The notes beneath the pieces were generated by a model. It saw only the letters and a program-made list of their open reading frames with translations. It was not told the DNA's origin and made no database searches. From the NCBI RefSeq assembly GCF_021869535.1, contig NW_026262690.1:4278001-4342000 (forward strand): a stretch of DNA of 64,000 nucleotides, read 5' to 3'. Below, piece by piece: positions 24,012-38,359 of the stretch. The position numbers and the translations under genes are program-made. Each line of letters begins with the position of its first letter. The first letter of the stretch is position 1. The DNA is from Mytilus californianus (lineage: Eukaryota).

Positions 24012-24390
24012 TATAGTGTGTCTTTTTATGTTGTAATGTTACACTACTGTCTCAGGTTAGGGTGAAGATTGGCACCTGTTTAAACGTTTAAACCCACTGC
24101 ATTTTTATGCACCTGTCCTAAGTCAGGAGCCTGTTGTCCGGTGGTTGTCGTTTGTTGGTGTGGCTCATAGGTGTTTCTCGTTTCTCGCTTTTTTATATAG
24201 ATTAGACCATTGGTTTTCCTGTTTGAATTGTTTTACACTAGTCATTTTAGGGCCCTTTATAGCTTGCTGTTCATTGTGAACCAAGGCTCTGTCTTGAAGG
24301 CCGTACTTTGACCTATAATTTTAAACTTTTTATACATTGTGACTTGGATGGAGAGTTGTCTCATTGGCACTCATACCACATCTTCTTATT
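24012..24390 (+). repeat. Abundant dispersed repeat family A (common end GAGTTGTCTCATTGGC-A-TCATACCACATCTT)
   Basis: Other copies or fragments at about 11120-11175, 21170-21440, 28040-28215(-), 28915-29110(-), 29345-29440(-), 36615-36690(-), 39760-39880(-), 41715-41780(-), 49925-50462, 51590-51860 and 60915-61090(-). Confidence 0.85.
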
Positions 24391-26787
24391 TATATTTGAA
24401 ATGGAGTAAAAACCTAATTGTTTAATTTTAAAAGCAGACTTGTCAGTAAAATTCTTTGAAGAGAAAATCTCATTTGTGTGATTAGTTAGGGTTGATTCTT
24501 ATTGAACATTCTATTTAGATTTAGTCATGGCGAATATGTTACTGAGATCACTAAAAAAGTTTGGAGGTTGGCAGAAAAGTAGGAATAAATAAGAAAATGC
24601 TCATCTGTTCAGTCAAAGTTTTTGTTTGTATACAATGGAAGCTTGAATTGAATCCAAGTTCAAGTAGGTATGAGAAAAACTGTTTTTTTTTAATTTACCG
24701 AACTTATATGATGCACCTTGTATATCCAATGTAAAAACTGTATACATTTTTTAAACTAAAAAAAAATACATGTACGGAGCCATAGTGTTAGCACATATTA
24801 CAATACCTGTCTTAATGATATTGAATAAAGATTTTTGTTGATAGAATCTGTTTAAACAAGACATACAAGCTATCCTTGTAAGAATCATTAATTTTCTGAA
24901 AACCTTGTTTGTGTTTTTCTCAGTAAATGTATTTTGTATGACCTGTTTTGAAATAGTTTATTCATAGTAGGTCATTAACATGAAAAGACATAAGAAACCT
25001 GTCCTGTCATGAATATAGATAATTTGAATAAACTTTGTACTGTGCAAAGTTTTGTCAGATTGACAGGTAAATTAAAGAGATACTTATATGAGTTCATGTA
25101 TTTTGTATATCTATACCATAGCATTATCTAAATATAAAATATTTTATGACACAAAATTGTTTTTCCAAGGGAGATATTTGCTTAGGTCATAAATTAAAAT
25201 CCAGAAAGTACTAGAATTCTTATATTTTAGTTTCAGTTATCATGGTTATTGACCCATTTACTTTTACAAACTATTATAAATTGTTATCTGAAATACATGT
25301 CTTTTTCATACTTTATATTTAATAATAAAGAAGTATATTCCATGAAATATATGTATGGTAGTTTGTATTTGAAAAAAATTCATTGAAGGACTAGGAATAA
25401 CAAATTAAGATAAGATATTTAAAAAAAATCTTTTTAAGCATTCTTCATTGAAACAATTGGTGATTGACCAATCCATCTCTGACTTGGTAAAGACACTTTT
25501 TAAAGGAAAGTGTCAGAGTTATCTGTCACATGAACATACTTTTTGACCGACCTGTAAATTCTGGACTTATGATAAAATTATTAAGGGATGTTCAGTCTAT
25601 CAGTCAGTATCAAGACATTTTCACTGTGATTACATTATGGAAAGTGACTAAACAAATCTTAATTACTTCTTAAGGAAATGTCTGACTGCCTTTTTAAATA
25701 CTGCAAAGAAAATGTTTGAACAAATCCTGAGATCTAAACAATACAGAACAGTAATTTAAAGACATTTCATATTCCCTATTACAGGACCTACTTATTGTAT
25801 TTATTGTTAATTAGTTCTTATACTGAATATGCATGACATATTTGCCACTGGAAATTAATCAGCCAACAATCAATCAATCACATTAAGTAACAAGGTTATA
25901 ATTTTGAATTAAAGTTATGCTAAGTGATATAACAAACCAGTACAAGTTGCACTGTAGAAATGTTTAGAAAACTTCTGACAATCTGCTTAGCTATGGCAAC
26001 CATAGTAATGAAATGAAATTGTTGTGATGTAATGCTACATTTGAACAATTTGATACTTAAGCTCCCTTTCTTGTTTATTATTTTTCAGAATAAAGTTTCA
26101 TGAATTTCAAAGATACTTTCTTATGTTTACTGGAGAGGTTCAGTTGAGTAGTTAGCAATAGATGAAGTGTTATCAAAAATTTGAAGACTGGAATAGGGTG
26201 TATGGAGGCTGCTAAAAACTAAAACTTGTGCAATGAAAACCCATTTTCAAGAGAAACAATACATACTGACTTTTGAACAAGGATTTTTGAAAACTAAATG
26301 TTTTGTCAATCAGTCATATATACATTATCACTGATTGGTGTAGAATCACTGTATGATCAAAATGCACAATGAAACTGTACAATTCATAAATTAAGGAAGT
26401 CTGGCAACTTTAATGTCATCAAAAGATACCAATTTTATAATAAAAGGGAGATACTCTATTTAACAACACAGTCTCAAGTCTTATCAGAGGTGTTCAAACC
26501 TCAATCAACTCCAAAACTCATGCAGTAATGAAGAATTTCTGATCTTTCATTTTTGTTTTATACTGACTTTAAAAGAAACTTGTAAAACACGAGACACTTA
26601 TCCATCATAATACAACAAATGAAGTTTTAAACAACTTCACATACCCATATGGCTACAGAGCAAAAAATTTACTCAAAAAAGGACAACCTAATGTTCTGAT
26701 TTAAGGCACAAGTGTTTTGATGAAATGGAGCTACATTGCTATCTAGTTACTGTGGTTTTGCTGAAATATGTGTGGTCTTCTGTTGTT

Positions 26788-27072
26788 TTTTTATGCCCCA
26801 CCTATGATAGAAGAGGGGCATTATTTTTTTCGGTCTGTGTGTCCGTTTGTTTGTCCATCCGTCTGTCCCACTTCAGGTTAAAGTTTTTGGTCTAGGTAGT
26901 TTTTGATGAAGTTGAAGTCCAATCAACTTAAAACTTAATACACATATTTCCTATGATATGATCTTTCTAATTTTAAAGCCAAATTAGAGTTTTGGCCCCA
27001 ATTTCACGGTCCACTGAACATAGAAGATGATAGTGCGAGTGGGACATCCGTGTACTATGGACACATTCTTGT
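26788..27072 (+). mobile_element. Short Helentron-type HINE (DINE-1/pearl-like architecture)
   Basis: 5' TATGCCCC...GGGGCAT inverted repeat, GTCC-like microsatellite, sub-TIR GTCCCACT / AGTGGGAC, 3' hairpin-like CCGTGTACTATGGACAC, T-rich flanks. Confidence 0.65.
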
Positions 27073-27104
27073 TTAACATTCTTAAACTGTTTTCATTGCA
27101 TACT

Positions 27105-27320
27105 TAAGTCTATTGTAAATATGATTAAAATCTATAAAATATTTTTTCAGATTAAACTACAACAGCTTCTGATGAGACAAAAATTGATTTTTAGGTTCAG
27201 ATTACTACAGGATAGTTGCCATGTGAGTTCTTTTCTTTACATATTGATTGAAATAACTGAATATTTCAGATTTGCATGACAAGGATTGATTGATGGCAAA
27301 ATATCTGTACTTTAAAAAAT
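27105..27320 (+). repeat. Duplicated exon-like module, copy 1 (copy 2 at about 29125-29345)
   Basis: Both copies keep an acceptor TTTTTCAG, a donor CCAT|GT(G/A)AGT and a second acceptor AATATTTCAG; no shared open frame. Confidence 0.7.
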
Positions 27321-27797
27321 GTCCTCCTTCCTTGTTGTTTATAACCAAAGATACTGATCTGTTACATTATGTTTATGTAAGTATATTTTTAAAGAAAATA
27401 GAAGATGACTGGATGAGTTTATGAATGAATAGCAGGAAGATTATGAATGAATGACAGGAAATAATAACTAGATAAAATCAATACAATAAGATTGTTAAAC
27501 TATAACTATCTCCTCAATTTTTAGGAAAATTTTTGAAGAACAAGAACAATGTATATAACTGTGTTTCCTATTCTGTTGTTTGGAACTCTCAGATATTCAA
27601 ACACCTTTAAATTGTACAAATAAAAGTAGATATGGTCCCTCATATGGGGTATATGTCAGTAAAAATAGCACCTCATATGGGGTATATGTCACTGATATGG
27701 AAGCAACTTAACAATGAATGGCAGCCAAAAACTTTTTTCTAAAACAATATCCCAAAGACCCTTGTCTGACAAAAGATCATGAACTTTCTAGATACTT

Positions 27798-27957
27798 TTC
27801 TTTATTATAGAATAATGGGTTTATCATGTTTCTTATTATAGAATGGTGGGTAAATCATGTCTTAGTATAGAATGATGGGTTTAACATTTATCATGTTTCT
27901 TATTATAGAATGCTGGGTTATTGTAGAATGATCATGTTTCCCTATTTCTATAGAATC
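27798..27957. repeat. Minisatellite, ~30-bp degenerate unit (TTCTTATTATAGAATGNTGGGTTTATCATGT)
   Basis: About 5 imperfect copies, read directly. Confidence 0.8.
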
Positions 27958-28327
27958 TTGATCATTGATATCACTACACAGTTTTTGTTGAGCAAAAAAA
28001 GAAAAAAAACTGACATCATAAGTAAAAGATATATATGAAAATAAGAAGGTATGATAGCCAATGAGACGACTCTCCACAAGAGACCAAATGACACAGAAAC
28101 TAACGACTATAGGTCATCATATGGCTTTCAACAATGAGTAAAACCCAAACCGCATATTGAGCTATAAAAGGCCCCGAAATGACAAATGTAAAACAATTCT
28201 AACAAGAAAACTAATGTTAATTAAAAGGTCCATGATATAATTTTCCCTTGTCTTACTTTTGATAAATAGTTGTCTTCTTGCAAACCATACTATTTTTTAT
28301 TATTTTATAAGGCATTCTATCTGTAAA

Positions 28328-28820
28328 TAGGTGTAATACCACCAAATCATAGTACGTCACATCCGGTTGCATACGAAAACGTCACATCCAGTTGCATACG
28401 AAAATAGGTCGAAAAAATTATTCCCTTGAATTTGACAGTTGTAGGTAATTGATCCTACATTTCATTGCAGTAAAACATTTCTGAGTCATAAACATATATC
28501 TTGGGTATTTCAAAGCACCATTATTTCTTTATTTGGGGTTTCTATAGAATATTTTGGAAACTTGAGGTTACATGGTTACTAAAGCTTGTACACAGGTTAA
28601 AAAAGGGGGAAAATTTGATTGGTTAACTTCCAGTGATGGTTATTTTCTTATATGCAATGAAATGTTATGTGAAATTTTTTCTATAGTACTGGACAGGATA
28701 AAACTTTACTCATGCCAAGTATTTGTTTATTTGAAACAAAGATAAATTCTGCACAATTTTTTGAAAAGTGCAAATTTAACAAAGACTAATAGGGGAAAAT
28801 CAATGGTGGTATTACACCTA
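28328..28820. mobile_element. MITE with 17-bp perfect inverted ends including TA
   Basis: TAGGTGTAATACCACCA / TGGTGGTATTACACCTA; internal 25-bp tandem duplication at 28354-28403. Confidence 0.7.
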
Positions 28821-29719
28821 TATGCATGCATGAGATAAATGACATTTTATAATTGGTTTTTTTTTGGTTTTTTTTTTTTCTTTTCTTGAGATAAAGAAGA
28901 AATATACATGTACCATGAAATAAGGAGATGTGTTATGATTATCAATATTGAGACAACTATATATTTATCCACCAGAAACTAAATGATGTAGAAGTAAGCA
29001 ACCATAGGTCATTGTATGGCTTCAACAAAGTGCAAACCCATACTGCATGCTATAATAGCCCCCAAAAATCACAAATGTAAAACAGTTAAAAAAAAAAGAA
29101 AACTAACAGCCCACTTATCATGCTTATGTCTATTGTAAATATGACTTAAATCTATAGATATTTTTCAGGTTGTACTGCAAAAGCTTTTGATGAGACAGTA
29201 TTAGAAATTGATTTTTATGTTCAGATTACAACACGATGGTTGCCATGTAAGTTCTTTTCATAAAATATTGATGAAAATAACTGAATATTTCAGATTTGCA
29301 TGACGAGTATTGATTGATGGCAAAATATCTGCACTATAAAAAATGAAAATAAGGAGATGTGTTATGATTATCAATATTGAGACAACTATGCACCAGAAAC
29401 CAAATGATGTAGATGTCAGCAACTATAGGTCATTGTACGGCTTATACTTTATAGTAATGTGACATATTCTAATGAGACACCAACAGCTTGATTTATAATA
29501 TAATATTGATTCAAAAACAAATATGACAGACAGCAAGCAACCACAGCCACTGAATTACCTCGTCCTGACTTAGGACAGACAGATATAGAATGCGGAGGGG
29601 TGAAACATGTTTGTGAGCGCTCAACCTTCATTGGCATGATAAGCTGTAACAAGATTTGTCATCAAATTTTGTTGAACGCGAAGTTTTCTTACTTTTAGGT
29701 TCATATTATATTTCAATGC

Positions 29720-30788
29720 TTTTTAGCTCAGTGAGCTTTTCTCATCACTTGGCATCCGGCGTCTGTCGTTGTCTGTTAACTTTTACAAAAATCTTCTCCT
29801 CTGAAACTACTGGGCCAAATTTAACCAAACTTGGCCACAATTATCATTGGGTATCTAGTTTTCAAAATGTGTCCGATGACCCCACCTGTCAACCAAAATG
29901 ACCGACATGGCTAAAAATAGAACATAGGGGTAAAATGCAAGTTTTGTCTATCATTTTGAAAACCGTTATAAATAGAGAAAATCTGACTAGGCCAAAAATG
30001 TTCTGATTTTGAGCTCTACCAACTGTCCATATATGTCAAAACTGTCAGACGACTTATAGGAGTTATTGCCCTTAAATGACAAATTTTACCCATTTTTTTT
30101 CATTTTTGCCTATTATCTTGAAAATAGATAGAGAGAAACATTCAATTGCAAAAATGATCAGCAAGACAAGTTCTACTAATAAGTCTAATGGTTGCAATCG
30201 TCAGTTGACTCCTTATTAGAGTTATTGCCCTTTGATGATGATGATTAGTACCAATTTTTTGCTTTTTTCCTTATATCTTATAAATTATAATAGATAGATA
30301 GAAACTTTAATCAACAAAAATGATCAGCAAGACAAGATCTACAATTAAAACAAATGGTGGAATTTGTCCAACGACTCCTTATTAGAGTTATTGCCCTTTA
30401 ATGATGATTTTACCATTTTTTTTGCTTTTTGTCTTATATATTAAAATTATAATAGATAGATAGAAACTTAAATAAGCAAAAATGATCAGCAAGACAAGAT
30501 CTACTAAAAAGTCAAATTTTGCCGATATAGTGAGAAGACTGTCACTCTTTATATATATAGGAGTGATTCTCCTTAAATGAGAATTTTTTTTTACCCTTTT
30601 TGTGTTTTGAGCAAAAACTAAAGAAGATAGAGAGAAACTAAATAGACTAAATGATCAGCAATACAAGATCAACAAAACAGAGATTTTTGTCATGAATTCT
30701 ATTCTCGTCTGCAATGTTGGAGAGTGTCCTTTGTTGAATATGTATATAGACCAAGGTATGTGATACAGGCTCTTTAGAGCCTCTAGTT
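29720..30788 (+). mobile_element. Helentron-type HINE with ~160-175-bp internal repeats
   Basis: 5' TTTTAGCTCA...GAGCT, repeated GAGTTATTGCCCTT...ATGATCAGCAAGACAAG units, 3' hairpin AGGCTCTTTAGAGCCT. Confidence 0.7.
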
Positions 30789-32139
30789 TGTTGTTGAATA
30801 TTATACAAAGTGGATGGTATTTTGTTTACTAAAGATTTATGCCACTTTCTATGCTTAATTATTTTTTACATAATTTATCTTTTCAGAATCTAATGCATAA
30901 TGGTTTACTGGTTGACATTTTGAAAGGCGAACAACAAAACATGACCAAAATGTTACCACTGTCCAAAACAGTGCCAACGAAGTGAGATTATTTTTCTTTT
31001 GTCCAAAACAGTGAAATTACCCACAATCTTGTAGATTCTTAAGTGATGGTTTCAAAGGTACAGTCTATACTAGAGAGAATTTTGTAAATGTAGCATTGTC
31101 TATCATCTCAAACAAATACAAAATTAATTACACGTCATACCGTAATGATAAAGGTGATTAGTGAAAAAAAGATCTTCATGAAAGGAATAATTCAAGATAA
31201 AATTCGTAATTAGTAATATAAACTATTTTCATTCACACATTTTATCATATCAATACTCTGCAATATCTGACGTGTGATATGAAGTAGAGTGTTTAGACTG
31301 AATGATATCATGAAATTCATAAAAAAAGCTCAGAAAAAGACAAATGACATTTCTTTTTTTAATTTAAAGTGATTTATTTGTACATAAAGAAAAACAAAAT
31401 CCTGTGAGACAGTTAATTTAGATTTTGTTATTTTCTCTTTATATAGGGGAGATAAATCTTTGTTTTTTTACAAAATAGTTAAAGGCTTCTATATGAAATA
31501 TTTTTCCATCATTTTGGGACTAAGTATACATAAAAAAGAAAGCATAATAAAATTAAAGCACCATCTCTTTATCATTCGTTATATTAATATGGTTTTGTTT
31601 GACTCTATAGTAAAACTTGTTTCACAGAAATGTTTTGTAAAGTAATATTAATCTTGACTTCAGGATATTAGCAATGTCAAACTTTTTGATCCAAAATTAT
31701 TTTATTAACCTGCAGTCAGTTTAAAGAATAGGGAAACAATAAACTATAGATCTTGATAAGCACTTCAAATCAGTTATCATGTATTGTTTACATTATTTCT
31801 TGAATATCAGCCATTTAGTAGAAAGCTTCTTTTTATCTTATTCCCTGCACTTTTTCCCCACCTTTTAACAAACAGTTGATATTTTATGATATTAAGATGC
31901 TGAAAACCTAATAAAGTATTCTTTTTTTGTAGGCAGCTCTGTTTTATTACAATAAACAAAAATACACATTTTGACCTAAACAAGGTCTTGATATTAAGTT
32001 AAGTGCTTTCATACTTCATCAACATTTTTATAACATAATAAAATTACAATAAGAAGCATTCAATTCTTATAATTACATTTTTATGCTATACAACCATGAA
32101 ATTACAAGTTACCGGTATATGCATTGTTGTGATGCTATT

Positions 32140-33934
32140 CAGTGGCATAGCTAGGCGGAAGCTCGGAAGCCAAGGCTTCAACATCGTTTTGTCATAAACA
32201 AAAAATCATAATAAAAAAAAATAAAAATAAAAACGAGCTAGAGGTATGAGAGAGAGGGAGGAGACTCCCAGTGAGAGTAAGTGGAGGGGAAAATAAATGG
32301 GCACTGTGAGGTTAAATAAACAAAAAGTTGTAGAAGTCAACGAGTCGATATCACTTCTCAGACTCCCGGCGTTCGTTCCCATCACCAACGCTTTATTTCC
32401 CCTCTTTTTATAGCAGACGAATATTGTGTCTGCAGGGTGTTCTGCTATTTACAATGCAACGCAGAATTGACAATGCCTGTGACCAATTCCACGGCTGAAT
32501 CAACGCAGTTTCAGTGTCATGTGCCAGGTTAAAACATATCTGCATTATACGATGACAACCGAACGACTTTCGGGGCTATAGATGTATCCTTCACACGTAC
32601 AAGGAGACGTACATTGATAAAGTAATTGACAGTAGGCTTGCTTTTTTGTTGGTGAGAGAGATTGACTCTCACTCTTTTAATAATTCATGTCCACACAAAC
32701 AATTCAAACGCGAAAAATAACGGAATGATTTATGTACCAAATAATGAAAGAAACACAAATATGATACAGCAACAAACCACAACCATTACACCGAATAACA
32801 TGCTCCTGACTTGGGACAGGCACATACCGAATGTGGCGGGGCTAAACTAATTTGAAGGCGCCATCCTGCCCTAACCTGGGTACCCACTATATTAACCTGA
32901 ATATATTGTTTACATCTCACCTACAAACAATTTTTAATGGTGTGGTTTTTGTCGAGCCTGTGACTTTTGTCACAAAAGCAAGACATAGCGATCTTTACAT
33001 TCTGTCAGCGGCAGCGGCGGCGTCCACAAATATTTACTGTGTGGTTAAAAGTTTTTGAAATTTTAATAACTTTCTTAAACAACCCTGGATTTCTAGCAAA
33101 CTTGGACAGAAGCTTGTTTATGATCATAGATAGTATCCAGAAGTAAATTTTGTAAAAACAAAATCCTTATTTTTTGTATTTCGTATTTTACTTATAAATG
33201 GACTTAGTTTTTCTGCCAGTTAACATTACATTCACTCTGTGGTTAAAGTTTTTAAAAATTTTTTAATAACTTTCTTAAACTACCCTGGATTTCACCAAAC
33301 TTGGACAGAAGTAAATTTTGTAAAAAAAATCCTTTTTTTCATATTTTACTTATAAATGGACTTAGTTTTTCTGCCAGTTAACATTACATTCACTCTGTGG
33401 TTAAAGTTTTTAAAATTTCAACAATTTTCCTAAACTATCCTGGATTTCTACCAAACTTGGACAGAAACTTGATTATGATCAAAAGCTAGTATCTAGAAGG
33501 AAATTTAAAAAAAATGTATTTCCTGTTTTTCCGTATATTACCTATATATGGGCTTAGTTTTTCTTCCAGTTAACATTACATACAGTCTGCAGTTAATATT
33601 CTTAAAACATTTATTAGATTCTTAAAGTAGGCGAGACACTGGTCTTAGTAAATATAACTTTTTTATCCCTCTGGAATCTCCTGGCTTTTACAGTTTCTTT
33701 AAGGAACAACATATATTTTTTCACAAAATTATCTGACTTGTATCAAACAAAAATGCTTTTGACTACACCTTAACATTCAATATTTTCAGTTAATATTTGT
33801 GGGTCTAAAACCCTAAAATCCAGGAGCTTCAGGGGGTTTTGCCCCCTGGCCCCCTACCAGGGGGGACTTTAGTGGCCCCCAGACCCCCTGCTGATTTGGG
33901 CTTCACCTTCAACATTTGTCTAGCTACGCCACTG
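32140..33934. mobile_element. Non-autonomous hAT-like element with 5-bp TSD
   Basis: 15-bp TIRs CAGTGGCATAGCTAG / CTAGCTACGCCACTG (1 mismatch); CTATT at 32135-32139 and 33935-33939; GC-rich subterminal block. The superfamily assignment is inference. Confidence 0.7.
32944..33650 (+). mobile_element. HINE nested in the hAT-like element, ~170-bp internal repeats
   Basis: 5' TTTTTGTCGAGCCTGTGACTTTTGTCAC, repeated GTGGTTAAAGTTTTT...CAAACTTGGACAGAA units, 3' AGGCGAGACAC. Confidence 0.7.
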
Positions 33935-34398
33935 CTATTGTGAGAAGCACGTGCTATCATGAATGTTAAATTTTACGGAGAAATACAATTTGATATTAGA
34001 ATGCCCTGCGATTGCTTTCAGCCAATCGAAAGTGAGGATGTTTATAAAAACATACATGTAATGTAATTATAATTGTATGATTTATTTGTCTAGCTGTTTA
34101 TCCTAGCTGAGGAAAGACTACTATACTGTGTAAAAATAGATCATATATTATACAAATGAAATAGTGAATAGGACATGATATAGTAGTACATACTATGTAT
34201 AACCTTTTATAAGTTTTATTATTATTTCAGTAAAGAAAGAAGAAACCATAAGATGTAACAAGATTTATTATTAACTTTTGTCAATATAAAGTTTTCTTCA
34301 ACAAAGGTTTAGTAAACAAATATTTTAGTTCTTTTTTTTTTATATTGATAAATAATTTTATTCTGTTCTGAACTTTATTTTTTTAGTAACTATTTACT

Positions 34399-34995
34399 AT
34401 AGTGTCAAACCTGCATTAAGCGGTCACTCAATGGAAGTATCAAAAGTGACCGCTCAAGAGAGGTGACCTTTTAAATTCAGTTTCCAAAAAATAAAATCTG
34501 ATTCCCACATTGCATGTGGCCGGGATGAGGTCAAATTGTTTTAATATTTTCAACTGGTAGTGTTATCGTTCGTGCTAGCAGTCAAATAAAAACTGGCATA
34601 TTCCAGCTCTCTAAATCTGAAGAAAACATTCGAAATAGTTAATTTTCGTGGATAAATAAGTTGATGATACAGTTTTCAGTTGAAACTGAAAGGAGTGGAA
34701 CACGAGAAATTCACAAATTCACCTCCTTTTGCACGATCTTGGTTACAAAAGGGTTCCAACTCTCATTTTGACCTCAATACTGAACACATATATTTTTCGT
34801 CATGATTATATTTTGGTTGTTAAAAACATGACAATGGCCATGGTTAAAAGTTGAAATTACGATGTTGTGCAAAAATTAGGTGACTGCTGAAAGGAGTTAA
34901 ATTATATAGAGAAAACGTTTGGGAGGGTCTGAAAGTGGCCCTTAGAGGCAGGTGACTGCTGAAGCGAAGTGACTATTAAGGCAGGTTTGACTTTA
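34399..34995. mobile_element. Tc1/mariner-like MITE
   Basis: Imperfect TIRs GTCAAACCTGCATTAAGCGGTCAC / GTGACTATTAAGGCAGGTTTGAC with TA-containing ends and subterminal GTGAC repeats. Confidence 0.6.
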
Positions 34996-35520
34996 TTGCG
35001 AGAAAAAAGTCCAGTGAATAATCAAGAGTGATTAACATTGTGAAATACTCAGAAAATTCTGCAGATTGATTTATTTTGAACACTGTCCTACATCCTGTTG
35101 ATACATATATCGGGACGTTCCAAAGGCCATGCCTTCTTAAACTGCTATGACATATGTGGTTTATACTGTTGGAGGTGTAATGATTGATTTGTTTATCTGG
35201 AAGAACATGGTTTGTTTATTAGTTGAATTGACCTTAAACATTCTTTTAGTAACTGTAAGTACCCTTATATTGGTACTTTGTGGGTTTTATCTTCTTGTTC
35301 TTTGTTGGATAATAGTTGATGAATGTGAAACGTATGGATGCTAATCCAGAATTGGTGGCAGCAGTGATGGAGTAAACTATATGTATAAAGCTTTCAGAAG
35401 GTGGATGACCTGGATATCTTTTGTCTTGTATACAGATGACTCATTTTCTGAATTTTCCGCCTGACATATGTCTGTTATCCTTGACCCAATTTTTATTGTT
35501 CAGCTGCTTAAAACTGTATA

Positions 35521-36539
35521 GTTTTTGTCTCGCCTGTGTGCGAGAAATAGGTATTACTATCTGTTGGCTGCAGGGGCGGCTATGTAAACTATTTGTATTA
35601 AGCTTTATATTTCAGAAGGTAGAAAACCTGGATGCTTCATACCTTGTGAGCAGATACCTTATCTTACAAAGTTTCCGTCTGTCATATGTCCATTGGCCTT
35701 GACCTCATTTTCATGGTTCAGCGACTGCACAAAAAAATATTATTATATTTTTGTCATGTGAATTTCTCACTTATTACGAGTAATAGGATAACTATATTTG
35801 GTATAGGGATTCCTTGCAACGTCAACATGTCAGTCAGACAGGGTTCACCTTACCTCGACCTCGTTTCATGGGTCAGTGATTAGGTGTGTTTCTCAGATAC
35901 TATAAGCAGTAGGTCAACAATATGTGGTGTATGGAATGATCGTAAGGTAAACATGTCTGTCTAGCTGGTATAATCTGACCTTGACCTCATTTTCATGGTT
36001 CAATGGTCAATGTTAAGATTTTGTGTATTGGTCTGTTTTTCAATTACCATAAGCTATAGGGCAACTATATTTGGTGTATAAAAAAAATTGTAAGGCGTAT
36101 ATGTCTGTCTGACAGGATTTATCTGACCTTGACCTCAATGTTATGTTTTTTTGTTTTGGTCTGTTTTTCAAATACTTTAAGCAGTAGGTCAGCTGTATTT
36201 GATGTATGGAATGATTGTAAGGTGTACATGTCTATCTTGCAAGTATAATCTGACCCTGACCTCATTTTCATGGTTCATTGGTCAATGTTAAGTTTTGTGT
36301 TTTGGTCTGTTTTTCAATTACCATAAGCTATAGGGCAACTATGTTTGGTGTAAGGAAAAGTTGTAAGGTGTACATGTCTGTCTGACAGGACTTATCTGAC
36401 CTTGACCTCATTGTCATGGATCTTTCAAAATGTTAAGTTTATTAGATACTTTTAGTGAAACCTTTACCTTTAAGACTTTCAACATAAAATCAATGGTCAG
36501 TAAAGCAGGTGAGAAATTTCAGTGTGTGCACTCTTGTTT
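35521..36539 (+). mobile_element. Helentron-type HINE with ~130-150-bp satellite core (further units at about 36690-37060)
   Basis: Sub-TIR GTCTCGCCT at the 5' end versus AGGTGAGAA at the 3' end, 3' GTGTGCACTCTTGT, TGACCTTGACCTCATTTTC periodicity. Confidence 0.75.
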
Positions 36540-38359
36540 ATCACATGAATTCTCAATATTTTGAGTAATAGGATACCTATATTTGGTATATAGAATCATT
36601 ACAAGTTAAAAATAAAAAGGTGTGGTATGATTGCCAATGAAGCAACTATCTATCAGAGACCAAATGATGTGGATGGAAGCAACTTATACATGTCCATCGG
36701 ACAGGGTCCACTTGACCTTCACCTCATTTCTTTGATCAGGGATTAAGTTAAGTTTTCATAGTCTAGTCAGTTTCTCAGACACTATTGTCAATAAGTCAAC
36801 TAAATATGGTGTATGGAATGATTGTAAGGTACATGTTCATCTGGCAGGTTTTATTTGACCTTAACCTTGTTGGTTCACAAGTCAATGTTAATTTTTTTGT
36901 GGTAAGGTGTGTTTCTCAGATATTATAAGCAATAGGTCAAATATATTTGGTGTAAGAAATGATTGTTAGGTAAATATGTCCATCTGGAACACTTTTGTCT
37001 GAACTTGAACTCACTTTCTCGTTTAATTTGTAAATGTTTAGTTTTCTTGTATAGCTCCATTTCTCAAATACTTTATTCAATAAACCAATTATATTTGGTG
37101 TTTACATCGTTGTCTTCTGGTCCTGTAAATTCTTTAATTTGTGTGTGCATATATTATTGTGATTGTTGAACAGTGGACAAAAATGCATGATTAATTATTT
37201 TGATTTTAGGAAATGTTGCATATAAATAATGCTATCAAAATTTAGGATGCATTTTTTTTTTTTTTTTTTTTTGCAAAACCTGTCCCTTTGCAATTTTTTG
37301 CAATGATAAAAAAATCTATATATGTACATTTAAATAATTTAATTTGGGTTTGCTATATATGTTCTCTCCATTTAGAAAAAAGAGGCAGAAGATACCAAAG
37401 GAACGATTATAAATCATAAGTTGAAAAAAAGCAACAACATCATGACAAAAACCTATTGTGATCTCACATGCTCCAGAAGGATAAGCAGATCTTGCTCCAC
37501 ATGTGACACCCCTCATATTGCTCATGGCATGATGGAAAGATGAATTTGGTGATGTCACAATTGGAAAAAAACTAAGACAGATTTCTCATGTTATCTTGAG
37601 TTCTAATGTAATCTTAAATCTAAGAAAAAGACATACATACAGTATACATGGTTCCCAAATGTACATTTTTTTTGAGAAAAAATGGTTTAGATTTTAATGA
37701 TGCATTTTCAATTTACGCCATTGCTGAAACTGATGCAATTAATCTATAAATGATTTATGGTAGAAGCTTTAATGCATTTCAGTGTACTTGAAAAAGCTGC
37801 ACGACTTCATTGAAATCATAACCAAAAAGAATCATATCTTAATATAAACAGAAAAAAAACTATGCCCTTGGATCAATATAAACCTTTCCACTTTATATGG
37901 AGGGGTTCAGATGTGAACTTGCTCACTAAGGTTCTTTATTAGTTTAGAAAAGAACTGAAATTGTAAGTTGGAGGAGATCATTTTTTTGCATTGTGAAATT
38001 GCTGTTTAAAGCATATTCAAATAAATACCGGTATTCAAAGATATCACTTTATATTGATGAAATTCTCTAGTTTTATTATTGTGAAATATTCATTGCTAAA
38101 TGAATGATGTTGTGAGTAATATAGTATAACATATATTTCAAGATTAATAGAACTTGTTGCTTCATTGTGTAACTTTATTGAGATCATTCAATAATCATAA
38201 ATCAATACAAAGACTTTAACTATGCAGTATGTATACTATTATCATATATTTTTTACAGAAAAAGAAGAGCATGACAGACTATAATAAATATGATGATAAT
38301 ATAATTATCTCTAGTATCACAAAACAGGTAGATTAACTTAGATAAAGTCTTAAATGTAC

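Noticed and set aside
27170-27265. Box C/D snoRNA (TGATGA...CTGA) in the duplicated module
   Set aside because: No terminal stem or recognisable rRNA-antisense element; these short boxes are common in AT-rich DNA.
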